Shown here: positions 9,579-18,156 of the stretch, piece by piece | Layout: each line of letters opens with the position of its first letter | Position numbering within the stretch: the first letter of the stretch is position 1 | NCBI GenBank assembly: GCA_021498095.1 | Contig: JAIZWK010000001.1 | Location: 1,800,001-1,832,000 of the forward strand | Source: Candidatus Harpocratesius repetitus | GTDB lineage: Archaea; Asgardarchaeota; Lokiarchaeia; Sigyniarchaeales; Promethearchaeaceae | DNA length: 32,000 nt | Reading direction: 5' to 3' | Notes under the pieces: model-generated | The model's database searches: none | Told to the model about the DNA's origin: nothing | Seen by the model: only the letters and a program-made list of their open reading frames with translations | Made by a program: the position numbers and the translations under genes

Positions 9579-9671
9579 TTATTTTAGAAAATTATTACAT
9601 ATGAACTGATTTTTTATTTCTATTTTTCTTTCTCATTTTTTCTTATTATCTTTTATTTCATTTCGCTTTGA

Positions 9672-11078
9672 ATTCCTTCGAAGGTGTTAGTGTATCCAGC
9701 AGATATAATTCGAGAAGTTGAACATGCTAAAAAAATAGGAATTAATTATTCTGCTCCAATAATTGACTGGGAAACAATATCTGCCCGAATGTGGAGTCAA
9801 ATTGATGAATCTAATGAGATTGAAGCAAGCTTGCTTCATGCTCCAAATTTAACCCTTTATAAGGGTGTGGCAGAGTTTACAGGAAAGTACGAAATGCGTG
9901 TGAGATTGAACGCTCCATCGAGTTCAATATTAAAAAAAAAGCAGAGATCTACTCATGTTTTTAAGGGAAAACGCTTTGTCCTTGCTTCTGGTGGAAGATC
10001 TTTTATTCCGCCTATTCCTGGATTATCGGATGTGGATTTCATTACATCTGAAACTTTTTTTGGTTCAAAATTTCCTAAGAAACCTTGGAAATCACTTATT
10101 ATAATTGGTGGTGGTGTAATTGCGGCGGAATTTGCTCATATTTTCTCTGCATTTGGAACTAATGTTAAGATCGTTGAGATGCTTCCTCGACTTGTTCCTA
10201 CAGAAGAACCTGAAATTAGTGAGATCCTCGAAAAAGAATTTCGTAAACATCTAGATGTGTATCTTCATGCTAAAGCGGTTAAATTTGAAGAAAAAAATGG
10301 AATAAAGGTAGTAACCATCGAAAATTTGGATAATCATGAAATCTCAGAGCTCAAAGCTGAGGCATTGATGATTGCAACAGGTCGTCGTTCAAATGCAGAT
10401 ATATTGAAAGTAGAAAATGCAGGTATTAAAACTGATTCTCAAAATTGGATTCGTACAAATGAATTTCTTGAAACTAATGTTCCAAATATTTGGGCAATTG
10501 GAGATGCTAATGGAAAATTCCAATTTCGACACAAAGCTAATCATGATGCGGAAGTTCTTGCACGTAATATATTTGGAAATCGTGAGAAAGTTCCAGTTGA
10601 TTACAGTGCTGTGCCTTGGGCGATTTTTGCATATCCTCAAATAGCTCATGTAGGTTTAACTGAACAAGAAGCAATTGCTCAAGGTTATAAAATTTACACT
10701 GCTGTAAAAACCTATTCCAGTATTGCAAAGGGTTTTGCTATGGGCTTAGATCATTCAGAGGCTCTGTTTAAATTGGTGGTAAATGAAGATTATCGTATTT
10801 TAGGTGCTCATGCAATTGGTCCTCATGCAACAACAATAATACAACAGATGGTATATTTGATGAATGCTGGTTTTACCTGTCCCCATGAAGGAGAGTTGGA
10901 ATTGGATATGTCATTAGCTGACTTAAAAATGACAAATGCTTGTCCAGAAGCAGGATCGTTCATGCCGATTTACCGCTCTATGGTGATTCATCCAAGTTTA
11001 AATGAAGTAGCAGGTTGGGCAATTGGAAATCTACGCCCCGTTAATATCGGTAAAAATCATTCACATCATTCACATTAG
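9672..11078 (+). pseudogene. Dihydrolipoamide dehydrogenase / flavoprotein disulfide reductase family gene lacking its 5' end
   Basis: Homology starts at IPSKVLVYPAD (9672), directly after an in-frame TGA (9669-9671). It keeps LASGGR, GGGVIAAE, ATGRR, WAIGD and HPSLNE, but has no N-terminal GxGxxG and no CxxxxC. The upstream DNA is T-rich and non-homologous. Confidence 0.7.
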
Positions 11079-11140
11079 GGAAATTTCTATACCTATTTAC
11101 TCCTTTTTTTATAAAAAAAAATCCATCCATAACTTTATTC

Positions 11141-11950
11141 TTATAGAACAAAAGGGATGATCGCTTTTCTATCACTCGGATATTCTGAAAAGTGTTCGTG
11201 ATACCATCGATGATGAGAAATTGCTCGTGGAATTAAGTTGGCAGCAGTCCAAAGCGCAAAAACAGCTCCAGACACCGTCCAAGTCAAAATTGCCCAGCCT
11301 ATCCATTCTAATATTTCCCCAAAATAGTTAGGGCATGAAATCCAACGAAAAATGCCACCGTATGGAATTTTATAACCAGTTTCTCCCGGTTCCCGCAAAT
11401 TTCTGAGAATATGATCAGAATGAAGATTAATAATAAAACCACAAAACCAAATTGTAGTTCCAATAATGAAAAAAGGAGTTAAAAGCCATGATTCGGGGTA
11501 GATCGGCTTAATATGGAATAGATAGCGCGCCTGAATATATGAATTCAATCCATTAAACACCATTCCCATCAGCACGATAGTTATTGGCATTTCTTTTTTT
11601 CCCCGAATAAGGAAAGGGTAAATAAAGGCTCGTTGAATGTAATGAATCTCCCAAATCAACAAAAAAGCTATTGCCACTATTTGCGTTTTTTGCTCACTAA
11701 TGATGTAAAAAATAAAGAATAGAATGGGAGATACGGCTTCCATAATAATCCATCCTAATTTATTATCAATCTGAGGACCCCACTTTTTACTGATGTATCT
11801 GCCGTATCCAGCAGTTACAAAAAATAGGCTGATAAAAACGATTATTCCCAAACCAATCATGGTATATTTTAATATTTCATGGAAAAGTGATTCGCTAAAT
11901 CCTAAAAATGCTAAGATACGATTCATAGAAGAATCCAAATAGTGCAACAT
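11141..11950 (-). CDS. Steroid 5-alpha-reductase (3-oxo-5-alpha-steroid 4-dehydrogenase), SRD5A1/2-DET2 type membrane protein
   Basis: AGYGRY, GWIIMEAVS, HYIQRAFIYP, INLHSDHILRNLR, GYKIPYGG, SCPNYFGEILEWIGWA, PRAISHHRWY, YPSDRKAIIPF. Multiple hydrophobic segments. Confidence 0.93.
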   Translation of the reverse strand: MLHYLDSSMNRILAFLGFSESLFHEILKYTMIGLGIIVFISLFFVTAGYGRYISKKWGPQIDNKLGWIIMEAVSPILFFIFYIISEQKTQIVAIAFLLIWEIHYIQRAFIYPFLIRGKKEMPITIVLMGMVFNGLNSYIQARYLFHIKPIYPESWLLTPFFIIGTTIWFCGFIINLHSDHILRNLREPGETGYKIPYGGIFRWISCPNYFGEILEWIGWAILTWTVSGAVFALWTAANLIPRAISHHRWYHEHFSEYPSDRKAIIPFVL

Positions 11951-11994
11951 TAATTAATGGAAGCATTCTTCTTTTAAATTAATAATAGGAAGGA

Positions 11995-12037
11995 AATCTT
12001 CATTTCTACATATAATTATGTAGAATTTTATAAGATT
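11995..12037. promoter_or_regulatory. Inverted repeat (candidate operator) in a divergent promoter region
   Basis: TTCTACATA-taat-TATGTAGAA (12004-12025) has perfect 9-bp arms. Outer arms are AATCTT (11995-12000) and AAGATT (12032-12037). A TATA-like TTTTATAA (12026-12033) abuts the right inner arm. Confidence 0.5.
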
Positions 12038-12096
12038 GCTTTTCTTTCGATTTTTTTTCTTATAAACTCGATAGAATTGGAAGGTATCTTACATTT

Positions 12097-13182
12097 ATGG
12101 CAATTTTTGTTACAGGTGCTACTGGATTAGTTGGTGGGCATGTAGTTAATTATTTACTTCAACAGACTGACATTTTGGTTAATTCTGCTGATGAAATAAT
12201 ATGTTTAGTTAGAAATCCTTCAAAAGCAACGGAATTAAAGCAACTCGGTGTTAAAATGATTCACGGGGATTTATCTAATATCCCTATTTTGAATAAGATT
12301 TTTAATGATTACTCTATTAAGTATGTATTTCACATCGCTGCATGTGTTTCTGTTTATGCTTCATTTGAAGAGATGTTTCAAACCAACGTTATAGGAACGA
12401 AGAATCTCTTGGAAGCGTTTAGTCGTTCTTCAGCGCGCTCATTTATCCACACTTCAAGTATTATTGTTTATGATCATCATCATCTTCGAAAACGAAATAC
12501 TATTGTAAAATTTACTGAATCATCACCTATTGGTCCAAAACAAAGGGGTAAAGATATTCCTTATGCTGTTAGTAAACGAATAGGAGAAGATCTTGTGGTA
12601 GAATTCGCGAAGAGGTATCCAGATAAATCTTTTCTCATTACGAGATTAGGACCAATAATAGGAAAAGGCGATCGCCAAATGATACCGTCTCTTGTAAAAG
12701 CTTTTGCTTTACCCTTGCCAAAGCTTATCAATAAAGGTTTAGGGCAAATCTCCCTTACTGCTCCTTTGGATGTGGCGCGCGCTCAAGTTTTTTTGGTTAA
12801 AAATGGAAATAGCTATTCTGGTCAAGCATTTAATATTGCAAAAGAACGTTGGAATTTTCGTCAACTATTTAATGTAGTTGCTGAATATTACAATCGACCA
12901 CCACCCAAAATAAGTATCCCTCTATGGTTATTTCGCTTATTTAAACCTTTTCTTCATTTGATCAAGATAATTTGGTCAAAATCTGAATTTATTCAAACAT
13001 TGCTTTCAAGTTCTGCCTTGGAATATATGGAATACTCTTATGAATATGATGCACAAAAATTGAAAAATCTCGGTTTCCAATTCACTACTGATATTAAAAA
13101 TTGCATTTTAAAGGGATTGCAGGCTTATGATCCAGAAAAATTGATGGTCAGCAAAAGAATTAAGCGAAAAGAGATTAATTAA
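12097..13182 (+). CDS. Extended SDR, NAD(P)-dependent epimerase/dehydratase (3-beta-HSD / DFR-like)
   Basis: FVTGATGLVG, CLVRNP, VFHIAA, TNVIGTKNLL, HTSS, catalytic YAVSK, and a hydrophobic C-terminal region. Confidence 0.85.
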   Translation: MAIFVTGATGLVGGHVVNYLLQQTDILVNSADEIICLVRNPSKATELKQLGVKMIHGDLSNIPILNKIFNDYSIKYVFHIAACVSVYASFEEMFQTNVIGTKNLLEAFSRSSARSFIHTSSIIVYDHHHLRKRNTIVKFTESSPIGPKQRGKDIPYAVSKRIGEDLVVEFAKRYPDKSFLITRLGPIIGKGDRQMIPSLVKAFALPLPKLINKGLGQISLTAPLDVARAQVFLVKNGNSYSGQAFNIAKERWNFRQLFNVVAEYYNRPPPKISIPLWLFRLFKPFLHLIKIIWSKSEFIQTLLSSSALEYMEYSYEYDAQKLKNLGFQFTTDIKNCILKGLQAYDPEKLMVSKRIKRKEIN

Positions 13183-13256
13183 GAGATTGAATTAATTTTA
13201 TTTAAAAAATAGTATTGAAAAAAAGGGGTTTAAAAGACGAAGTATTAATTTAAACT

Positions 13257-14327
13257 CTATTCTTCAACCTTTTCTATCCAACCAAATATATCGGGCTTTG
13301 AACCATATTGTATTCCTGTTAATTCTTCATATAATTTGGTAGCAATCGGACCAACTTCAAAATTATTAATTATATAATTTTCCTCTTTGTAAAAGATAGA
13401 TCCAACAGGGGCAATGATTGCCGCAGTCCCCAAACCAAAGGCTTCTGTTAAAGTCCCATTCTCTATACATTCAATAACCTCATCAATTGAAATACGGCGC
13501 TCTACCGCTTTAATTCCGATATGATCGCATATTTCTAAAATGCTTTTTCGAGTTATTCCAGATAAAATGGACCCATGAAGCGGTGGGGTTACAACTTCTC
13601 CATTAATTACAAAAGCCATATTCATAGCTCCAACTTCTTCAATATATTTCCGCTCACAAGCATCTAACCAAAGTGTTTGAGAAAAACCCTTTTCCATAGC
13701 TTCATCGGTGGATTTTAATGAAGCTGCATAATTTCCAGCCGTTTTCGCTTCTCCTGTTCCTCCCACTGCGGCGCGTACATACTTGTCTTCAACTAGTATT
13801 TTTACTGGTTTAAAACCTTCTTTGAAATAGGGTCCTGAAGGACTTAAGATAATAAATAAAATGTAACGATTTGCTTTATGCAATCCCAAAAATGGTTCAG
13901 AAGCGATCATACATGGGCGAATATATAAAGAAGTGCCAAGAGTCTTTGGAACCCACCGCGCTTCCAATTTTAATAATTCTTTTAGTGCAGCTAGCAAATA
14001 GTCTATATCTACTTCTGGCATGCACATGCGTCGTGCTGATCTATTTAAGCGCTTAAAATTCTCCCTCGGTCGAAATAAGCGCAAACCTTCACTTGTTCGG
14101 TAGCATTTTAGGCCCTCCCAAACTATTTGACCATAATGAAGACAAGCTGATGCTGGTTCTAATCCGAGAATACCATATGGTCGAATTTCTGCTGGACCCC
14201 AACCACCTTTGGCTCGATCAAATTCCATATATAACATATGATCTGTAAAAATTTGCCCAAAACCCAATTTAGAATCGTCTTCTGGAAGTTCTTTTAATTC
14301 AGTCGCTTTTTTAATTTTTATTTCCAT
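13257..14327 (-). CDS. ilvE: Branched-chain amino acid aminotransferase, copy A
   Basis: FGQIFTDHM, LHYGQIVWEG, LFRP, LYIRP, PLP-lysine AKTAGNY, EEVGAMN, ILSGITR, GTAA. ATG at 14327. Confidence 0.92.
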   Translation of the reverse strand: MEIKIKKATELKELPEDDSKLGFGQIFTDHMLYMEFDRAKGGWGPAEIRPYGILGLEPASACLHYGQIVWEGLKCYRTSEGLRLFRPRENFKRLNRSARRMCMPEVDIDYLLAALKELLKLEARWVPKTLGTSLYIRPCMIASEPFLGLHKANRYILFIILSPSGPYFKEGFKPVKILVEDKYVRAAVGGTGEAKTAGNYAASLKSTDEAMEKGFSQTLWLDACERKYIEEVGAMNMAFVINGEVVTPPLHGSILSGITRKSILEICDHIGIKAVERRISIDEVIECIENGTLTEAFGLGTAAIIAPVGSIFYKEENYIINNFEVGPIATKLYEELTGIQYGSKPDIFGWIEKVEE

Positions 14328-14383
14328 GATTCTCACGCTTGATGTAATATAAAAAAACAGCAATTTGAAGATATTTTTTGTAA

Positions 14384-15463
14384 TTAATTAACAGGTTCAA
14401 TCCATCCAAATAAATCTTCTTTTTCTCCAATTTGGATGCCTGTAATTTCATCGAATAGTAAACGGCTGTATTCTCCCACTTCAAAATTATTTATTAAATA
14501 TTCAGTGTCTTTATAGAAAATTGCGCCTACAGGAGCGATTACTGCCGCAGTACCCATTCCAAATGCTTCTTTTAAGGTACCTGACTTCACAGCATCAATT
14601 ATTTCTTCAACACTGATTCTTCGCTCAGTAATAGGAATTCCTCGCTTTTTGCAGAATTCAATTACACTACGACGAGTAATTCCAGGCAAGATAGTACCAT
14701 CCAATTCGGGTGTTATTATTTCATCATTGATACGAAAAGCAATATTCATTGCACCGACTTCTCCGATATATTTGCGTTCAATTGCATCTAACCACAAGAC
14801 TTGAGAATATCCTTTTTTGGCAGCTTCTTGCGCTGCTTTCAAAGATGCGGCATAATTTCCACCAGTTTTCGAAAAACCAACACCACCAGGTGCAGCTCGG
14901 ATGTATTTATCTTCAACCATGATCTTTACAGGTTTAAAACCATCCTTGAAATAAGATCCAACTGGAGATAAAATTATAAAGAAAAGATATTCTTTAGCGG
15001 CGTGCACACCTAAAAATGGCTCTGAGGCGATCATAGTTGGGCGGATGTATAAGGCAGTTCCTTTTTGAGAAGGAATCCAACGTTCTTCTATTTTTAAAAG
15101 TTCTTTTAATGCAGCTAAAACATAATCAATATCAACTTGTGGCATGCACATCCTTTCGGCTGAAGTATTCAAACGCTCAAAATTTAATCGAGGGCGGAAT
15201 AATTGAATTTTTCCAGTTGATGTTTTATACGCTTTCATTCCTTCAAAAATTTCTTGGGCATAGTGCAATACAGATGCAGCTGGACTAATAGTAATATCAC
15301 CATATGGAATAATTTCTGCAGGACTCCATCCATTTGGTTCAGAATATCGCATTATCATCATATGATCGGTGAAATTTTGCCCAAATGCTAATTTGGAATA
15401 ATCTTGTGGCACAGTTTTTAGTTGACTCTGCTCCACGTGAGTAATTTTAATATCTAAATTCAT
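14384..15463 (-). CDS. ilvE: Branched-chain amino acid aminotransferase, copy B
   Basis: FGQNFTDHM, LHYAQEIFEGMKAY, LYIRP, SKTGGNY, EVGAMN, ILPGITR, GTAA. ATG at 15463 (alternative 15478). Confidence 0.93.
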   Translation of the reverse strand: MNLDIKITHVEQSQLKTVPQDYSKLAFGQNFTDHMMIMRYSEPNGWSPAEIIPYGDITISPAASVLHYAQEIFEGMKAYKTSTGKIQLFRPRLNFERLNTSAERMCMPQVDIDYVLAALKELLKIEERWIPSQKGTALYIRPTMIASEPFLGVHAAKEYLFFIILSPVGSYFKDGFKPVKIMVEDKYIRAAPGGVGFSKTGGNYAASLKAAQEAAKKGYSQVLWLDAIERKYIGEVGAMNIAFRINDEIITPELDGTILPGITRRSVIEFCKKRGIPITERRISVEEIIDAVKSGTLKEAFGMGTAAVIAPVGAIFYKDTEYLINNFEVGEYSRLLFDEITGIQIGEKEDLFGWIEPVN

Positions 15464-15701
15464 GATGATCATCTTCAAAATAACGATAAAAAGGGTAATT
15501 TGAATTCAGATATTTCAGAATATAAATGTTTTGAGAATGCAAAGTGTTGAAAGTAGGGAAGCTCATTTTGAAAAAAAAAGATGAATAAAAATCAATAATA
15601 ATATCGAAAATAAATTCAGTGGATGATTTAGAAAATCGATAAATCCATTAGTTCTAATTGGATTCAGTAAAAAATTGTCATATAATGAAAAATTTACATT
15701 T

Positions 15702-16151
15702 TTAAGAAATTAAGAATCTTTGAATACGATCTTTAGGTAAAAGGCGTTCATCATGCAAGATCTCATTTAGAGTATTTTGAAATGCGTGATATTGTTGCAA
15801 TTCGAATAAATTAAGATATTGAGAATCAGGGAATTGAGAACGAAATTGTTCAGCAATTTGATGAAGTAAATTTTGCGTAATTTTTCTGTCGGATTTTGGA
15901 TCTGCAATACAATAGATGAGAAGTGAATGTTTGTTCGTTGAATAAATGCTATATACATATATTCTGAAGTTTTTCATGGAAATAAATTCAATTTCATCTT
16001 GTAAAACAAAAGTTCCCATTTGATATATTTGATTTATTAATTGAGATCGGCGTTCTGGCGTTATATGTCTGTGATTTTTGTGAATAAGGTGATATACTTG
16101 ATGGTAAATAAGTAATCCATTTTTAACAAAACCAATCTCTAGTACTGTCAT
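15702..16151 (-). CDS. Longin/roadblock-like domain protein (Asgard type), putative
   Basis: 149 aa. By eye the pattern is two N-terminal strands (VLEIGFVKNGLLIY), a helix, three strands (IEFISMKNFRIYVY...LLIYCIAD) and two helices ending in F..TL.EIL.D. This fits a longin-like fold; no profile search was run. Confidence 0.55.
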   Translation of the reverse strand: MTVLEIGFVKNGLLIYHQVYHLIHKNHRHITPERRSQLINQIYQMGTFVLQDEIEFISMKNFRIYVYSIYSTNKHSLLIYCIADPKSDRKITQNLLHQIAEQFRSQFPDSQYLNLFELQQYHAFQNTLNEILHDERLLPKDRIQRFLIS

Positions 16152-16273
16152 GAATGATCATTAAGAAAGAATGAAATGAAATTCAAAAATAGTTAGAAAA
16201 AAATAATTTTGGTCTATAAGGTGCAAATCACTGCGCGAGTATTATTTAAGTGAGAAAAACTAATTTACTTATA

Positions 16274-16642
16274 ATGACTGATCCAAAAAAAATTTTGATA
16301 ATTGATGATGAAATGCCTCTCTTAAAAATCATGGAAAAATTCTCTGAGCGCCTAAAATGGGTTGCAGTAACTGCTGAAAGCGGTGAAAAAGGGAAAGAGT
16401 TATTTTTATCTGAAAAACCAGAATCATTTTCTGGAGTAATAATTGATTACAATCTTCCAAATGAATCAAGTGAACAAATTTTAAGTGATCTTAAAGAGCA
16501 TAATCCGCAATTAAAATGCGTACTTTCGACTGGTTTTTCCGCTACAGATATATCGAATAATTTCACAAAAGTGACGGTGGATTATACATTACAAAAACCT
16601 TTTTCTCTGACTGACTTTAAAGAGCTGCTTGATAAGCTATGA
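16274..16642 (+). CDS. Stand-alone response regulator receiver (CheY-like) protein
   Basis: ILIIDDE, phospho-acceptor in VIIDYNLP, LSTG, LQKPF. ATG at 16274. Confidence 0.9.
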   Translation: MTDPKKILIIDDEMPLLKIMEKFSERLKWVAVTAESGEKGKELFLSEKPESFSGVIIDYNLPNESSEQILSDLKEHNPQLKCVLSTGFSATDISNNFTKVTVDYTLQKPFSLTDFKELLDKL

Positions 16643-17075
16643 AATACTAAATTTGTTGAGAGAACCTTAAATTTTTTTTAAAAATTTGCATTCTCATGAG
16701 GGTATTTTAAATTTCAAAGATTCGAAGTTTTTCATTCCTTCAACTTGATTCTTCCGACTCAAATCCAAAATATCCCTCCATATTTTTTGTCGATTTAACC
16801 AAGGGGCCAAATTCAAGATAGGTAAATCAAGAATTATAATAAAATCGACTTCAGATTGAAGAATTTATAAGCAGGATGGTAAATTTTTAACAAATTCTTT
16901 GAAAAAATCGAGTTCGACAAAAAAAAGAATTGCGATATTTCAGATTTAAGTCGGATATATATAAATGATATTCAAAAAAGCGTTTAAATTAGAATAGATA
17001 AAAGATCCTCTCATAATGCAGTAAGAAAATTTGTAATAATTTTTATATTTATGATCTAATATTCTTCTGATTAGA

Positions 17076-17957
17076 ATGGTAAAAATAAATCTTACTGAAG
17101 CAGGTGATGGTTTAAATTCTTATTGGTGGATAAGAATTCGTAGTAATGATTTTGCTTTTCAATCTCGTATTACTGATCAAGAACAAGCTGAAGCAGAAGA
17201 AGATGATATTTTTATTCACAAAGAAATATTAGAAGGTGATAGGTATCCGACAAAAAGATATCATATTGTAATTGATGATGAACTTGTGCAAATAGATGGG
17301 AAAGTTGCACGCGAAATTTTATCTAAAAAAGTTGCAAATTACATAAATGATCAATCTAAATTACCATTTCAATGTAAATTTACAAGAGTGGTAAAAACTG
17401 GACCTAAAATTAATTTATATTATGATCCGAATCAATCAGACGGATTTAAGTTAACTTTACTATCAGAATGGATTTTTAAGGACCAAAAAGAAAAACCTAT
17501 AGAAGAAATTGAAGAATTCTTCAAATCATTACCTCAAACTCATGAGAATCCACTAAGTACTAGTGGTGATCCTACTTTCTTTGTAGAACCTGTCGAATCT
17601 GCAAATATAATAGAGCAAGTTGCAACTGAAAGTGGTAAGAATAGTGTTTATATTCGAAATGGAGAAATAACTGAAATTGATTTGCGTAAAAGTTATTATA
17701 TGGGACATGAAACTATTTTCTATCTTCTTCATGTTAAAGGAGGAACAGCTGCACCTGATAAAAAAAAGAATTCAATTCAAAAAGAATTCGAATTTATTAA
17801 TGCAAAATGCTCAGAATCATCTATGGAGAAATATGAATTAAAAGTTGGTGATATTGTGAATTTTTCAGGAAAGTTAAAGAATGATAAAAAACTTAAAATC
17901 CTGATTCACAATATACGCAAATTTGAAAAGATTGATTCACAATATACGCAAATTTGA
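17076..17957 (+). CDS. Hypothetical protein, possibly with a C-terminal OB-fold-like segment
   Basis: 293-aa ORF. LKVGDIVNFSGKL resembles OB-fold strands. The 3' end is altered by a tandem duplication. Confidence 0.75.
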   Translation: MVKINLTEAGDGLNSYWWIRIRSNDFAFQSRITDQEQAEAEEDDIFIHKEILEGDRYPTKRYHIVIDDELVQIDGKVAREILSKKVANYINDQSKLPFQCKFTRVVKTGPKINLYYDPNQSDGFKLTLLSEWIFKDQKEKPIEEIEEFFKSLPQTHENPLSTSGDPTFFVEPVESANIIEQVATESGKNSVYIRNGEITEIDLRKSYYMGHETIFYLLHVKGGTAAPDKKKNSIQKEFEFINAKCSESSMEKYELKVGDIVNFSGKLKNDKKLKILIHNIRKFEKIDSQYTQI

Positions 17958-17965
17958 AAAGATTG
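17902..17965 (+). repeat. Perfect 31-bp tandem duplication
   Basis: TGATTCACAATATACGCAAATTTGAAAAGAT occurs at 17902-17932 and again at 17933-17963, followed by TG. Confidence 0.95.
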
Positions 17966-18156
17966 TTAAATCAAAAATATACGAAAAAAGACAAAAACGT
18001 ATTCTAAAATTATTGTTTTGCAATATTATATAAAGAATTATTTATGCAATAAAGCTTATAAGTGTGATTTTTCATTATTTGCTTACACAATATAACTTAA
18101 CAGTTATAATGTAAATTACTTTGAAACAATATTTATTGTCGAGAAGAGGTATTATT

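Noticed and set aside
9585-9671. Selenocysteine read-through of the TGA at the Cys position of the lpd-like gene (Lokiarchaeia are known to encode Sec)
   Set aside because: The in-frame upstream sequence (KIITYELIFYFYFSFSFFLIIFYFISL) has no start codon, no GxGxxG and no first Cys, and is bounded by TAG at 9585. Read-through could not rebuild the enzyme.
9670-9675. GAATTC palindrome at the truncation junction
   Set aside because: This 6-mer is common in AT-rich DNA and occurs several times in the window, so it is not evidence of a mechanism.
16696-16950. Minus-strand frame with about 56 open codons plus an upstream segment broken by TAA (possible gene remnant)
   Set aside because: It has no convincing start or motif, so it cannot be distinguished from chance without a homology search.
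18091-18108. TATAACT-taac-AGTTATA inverted repeat upstream of the surface protein gene
   Set aside because: The 7-bp arms are almost all A/T, which is plausible by chance.
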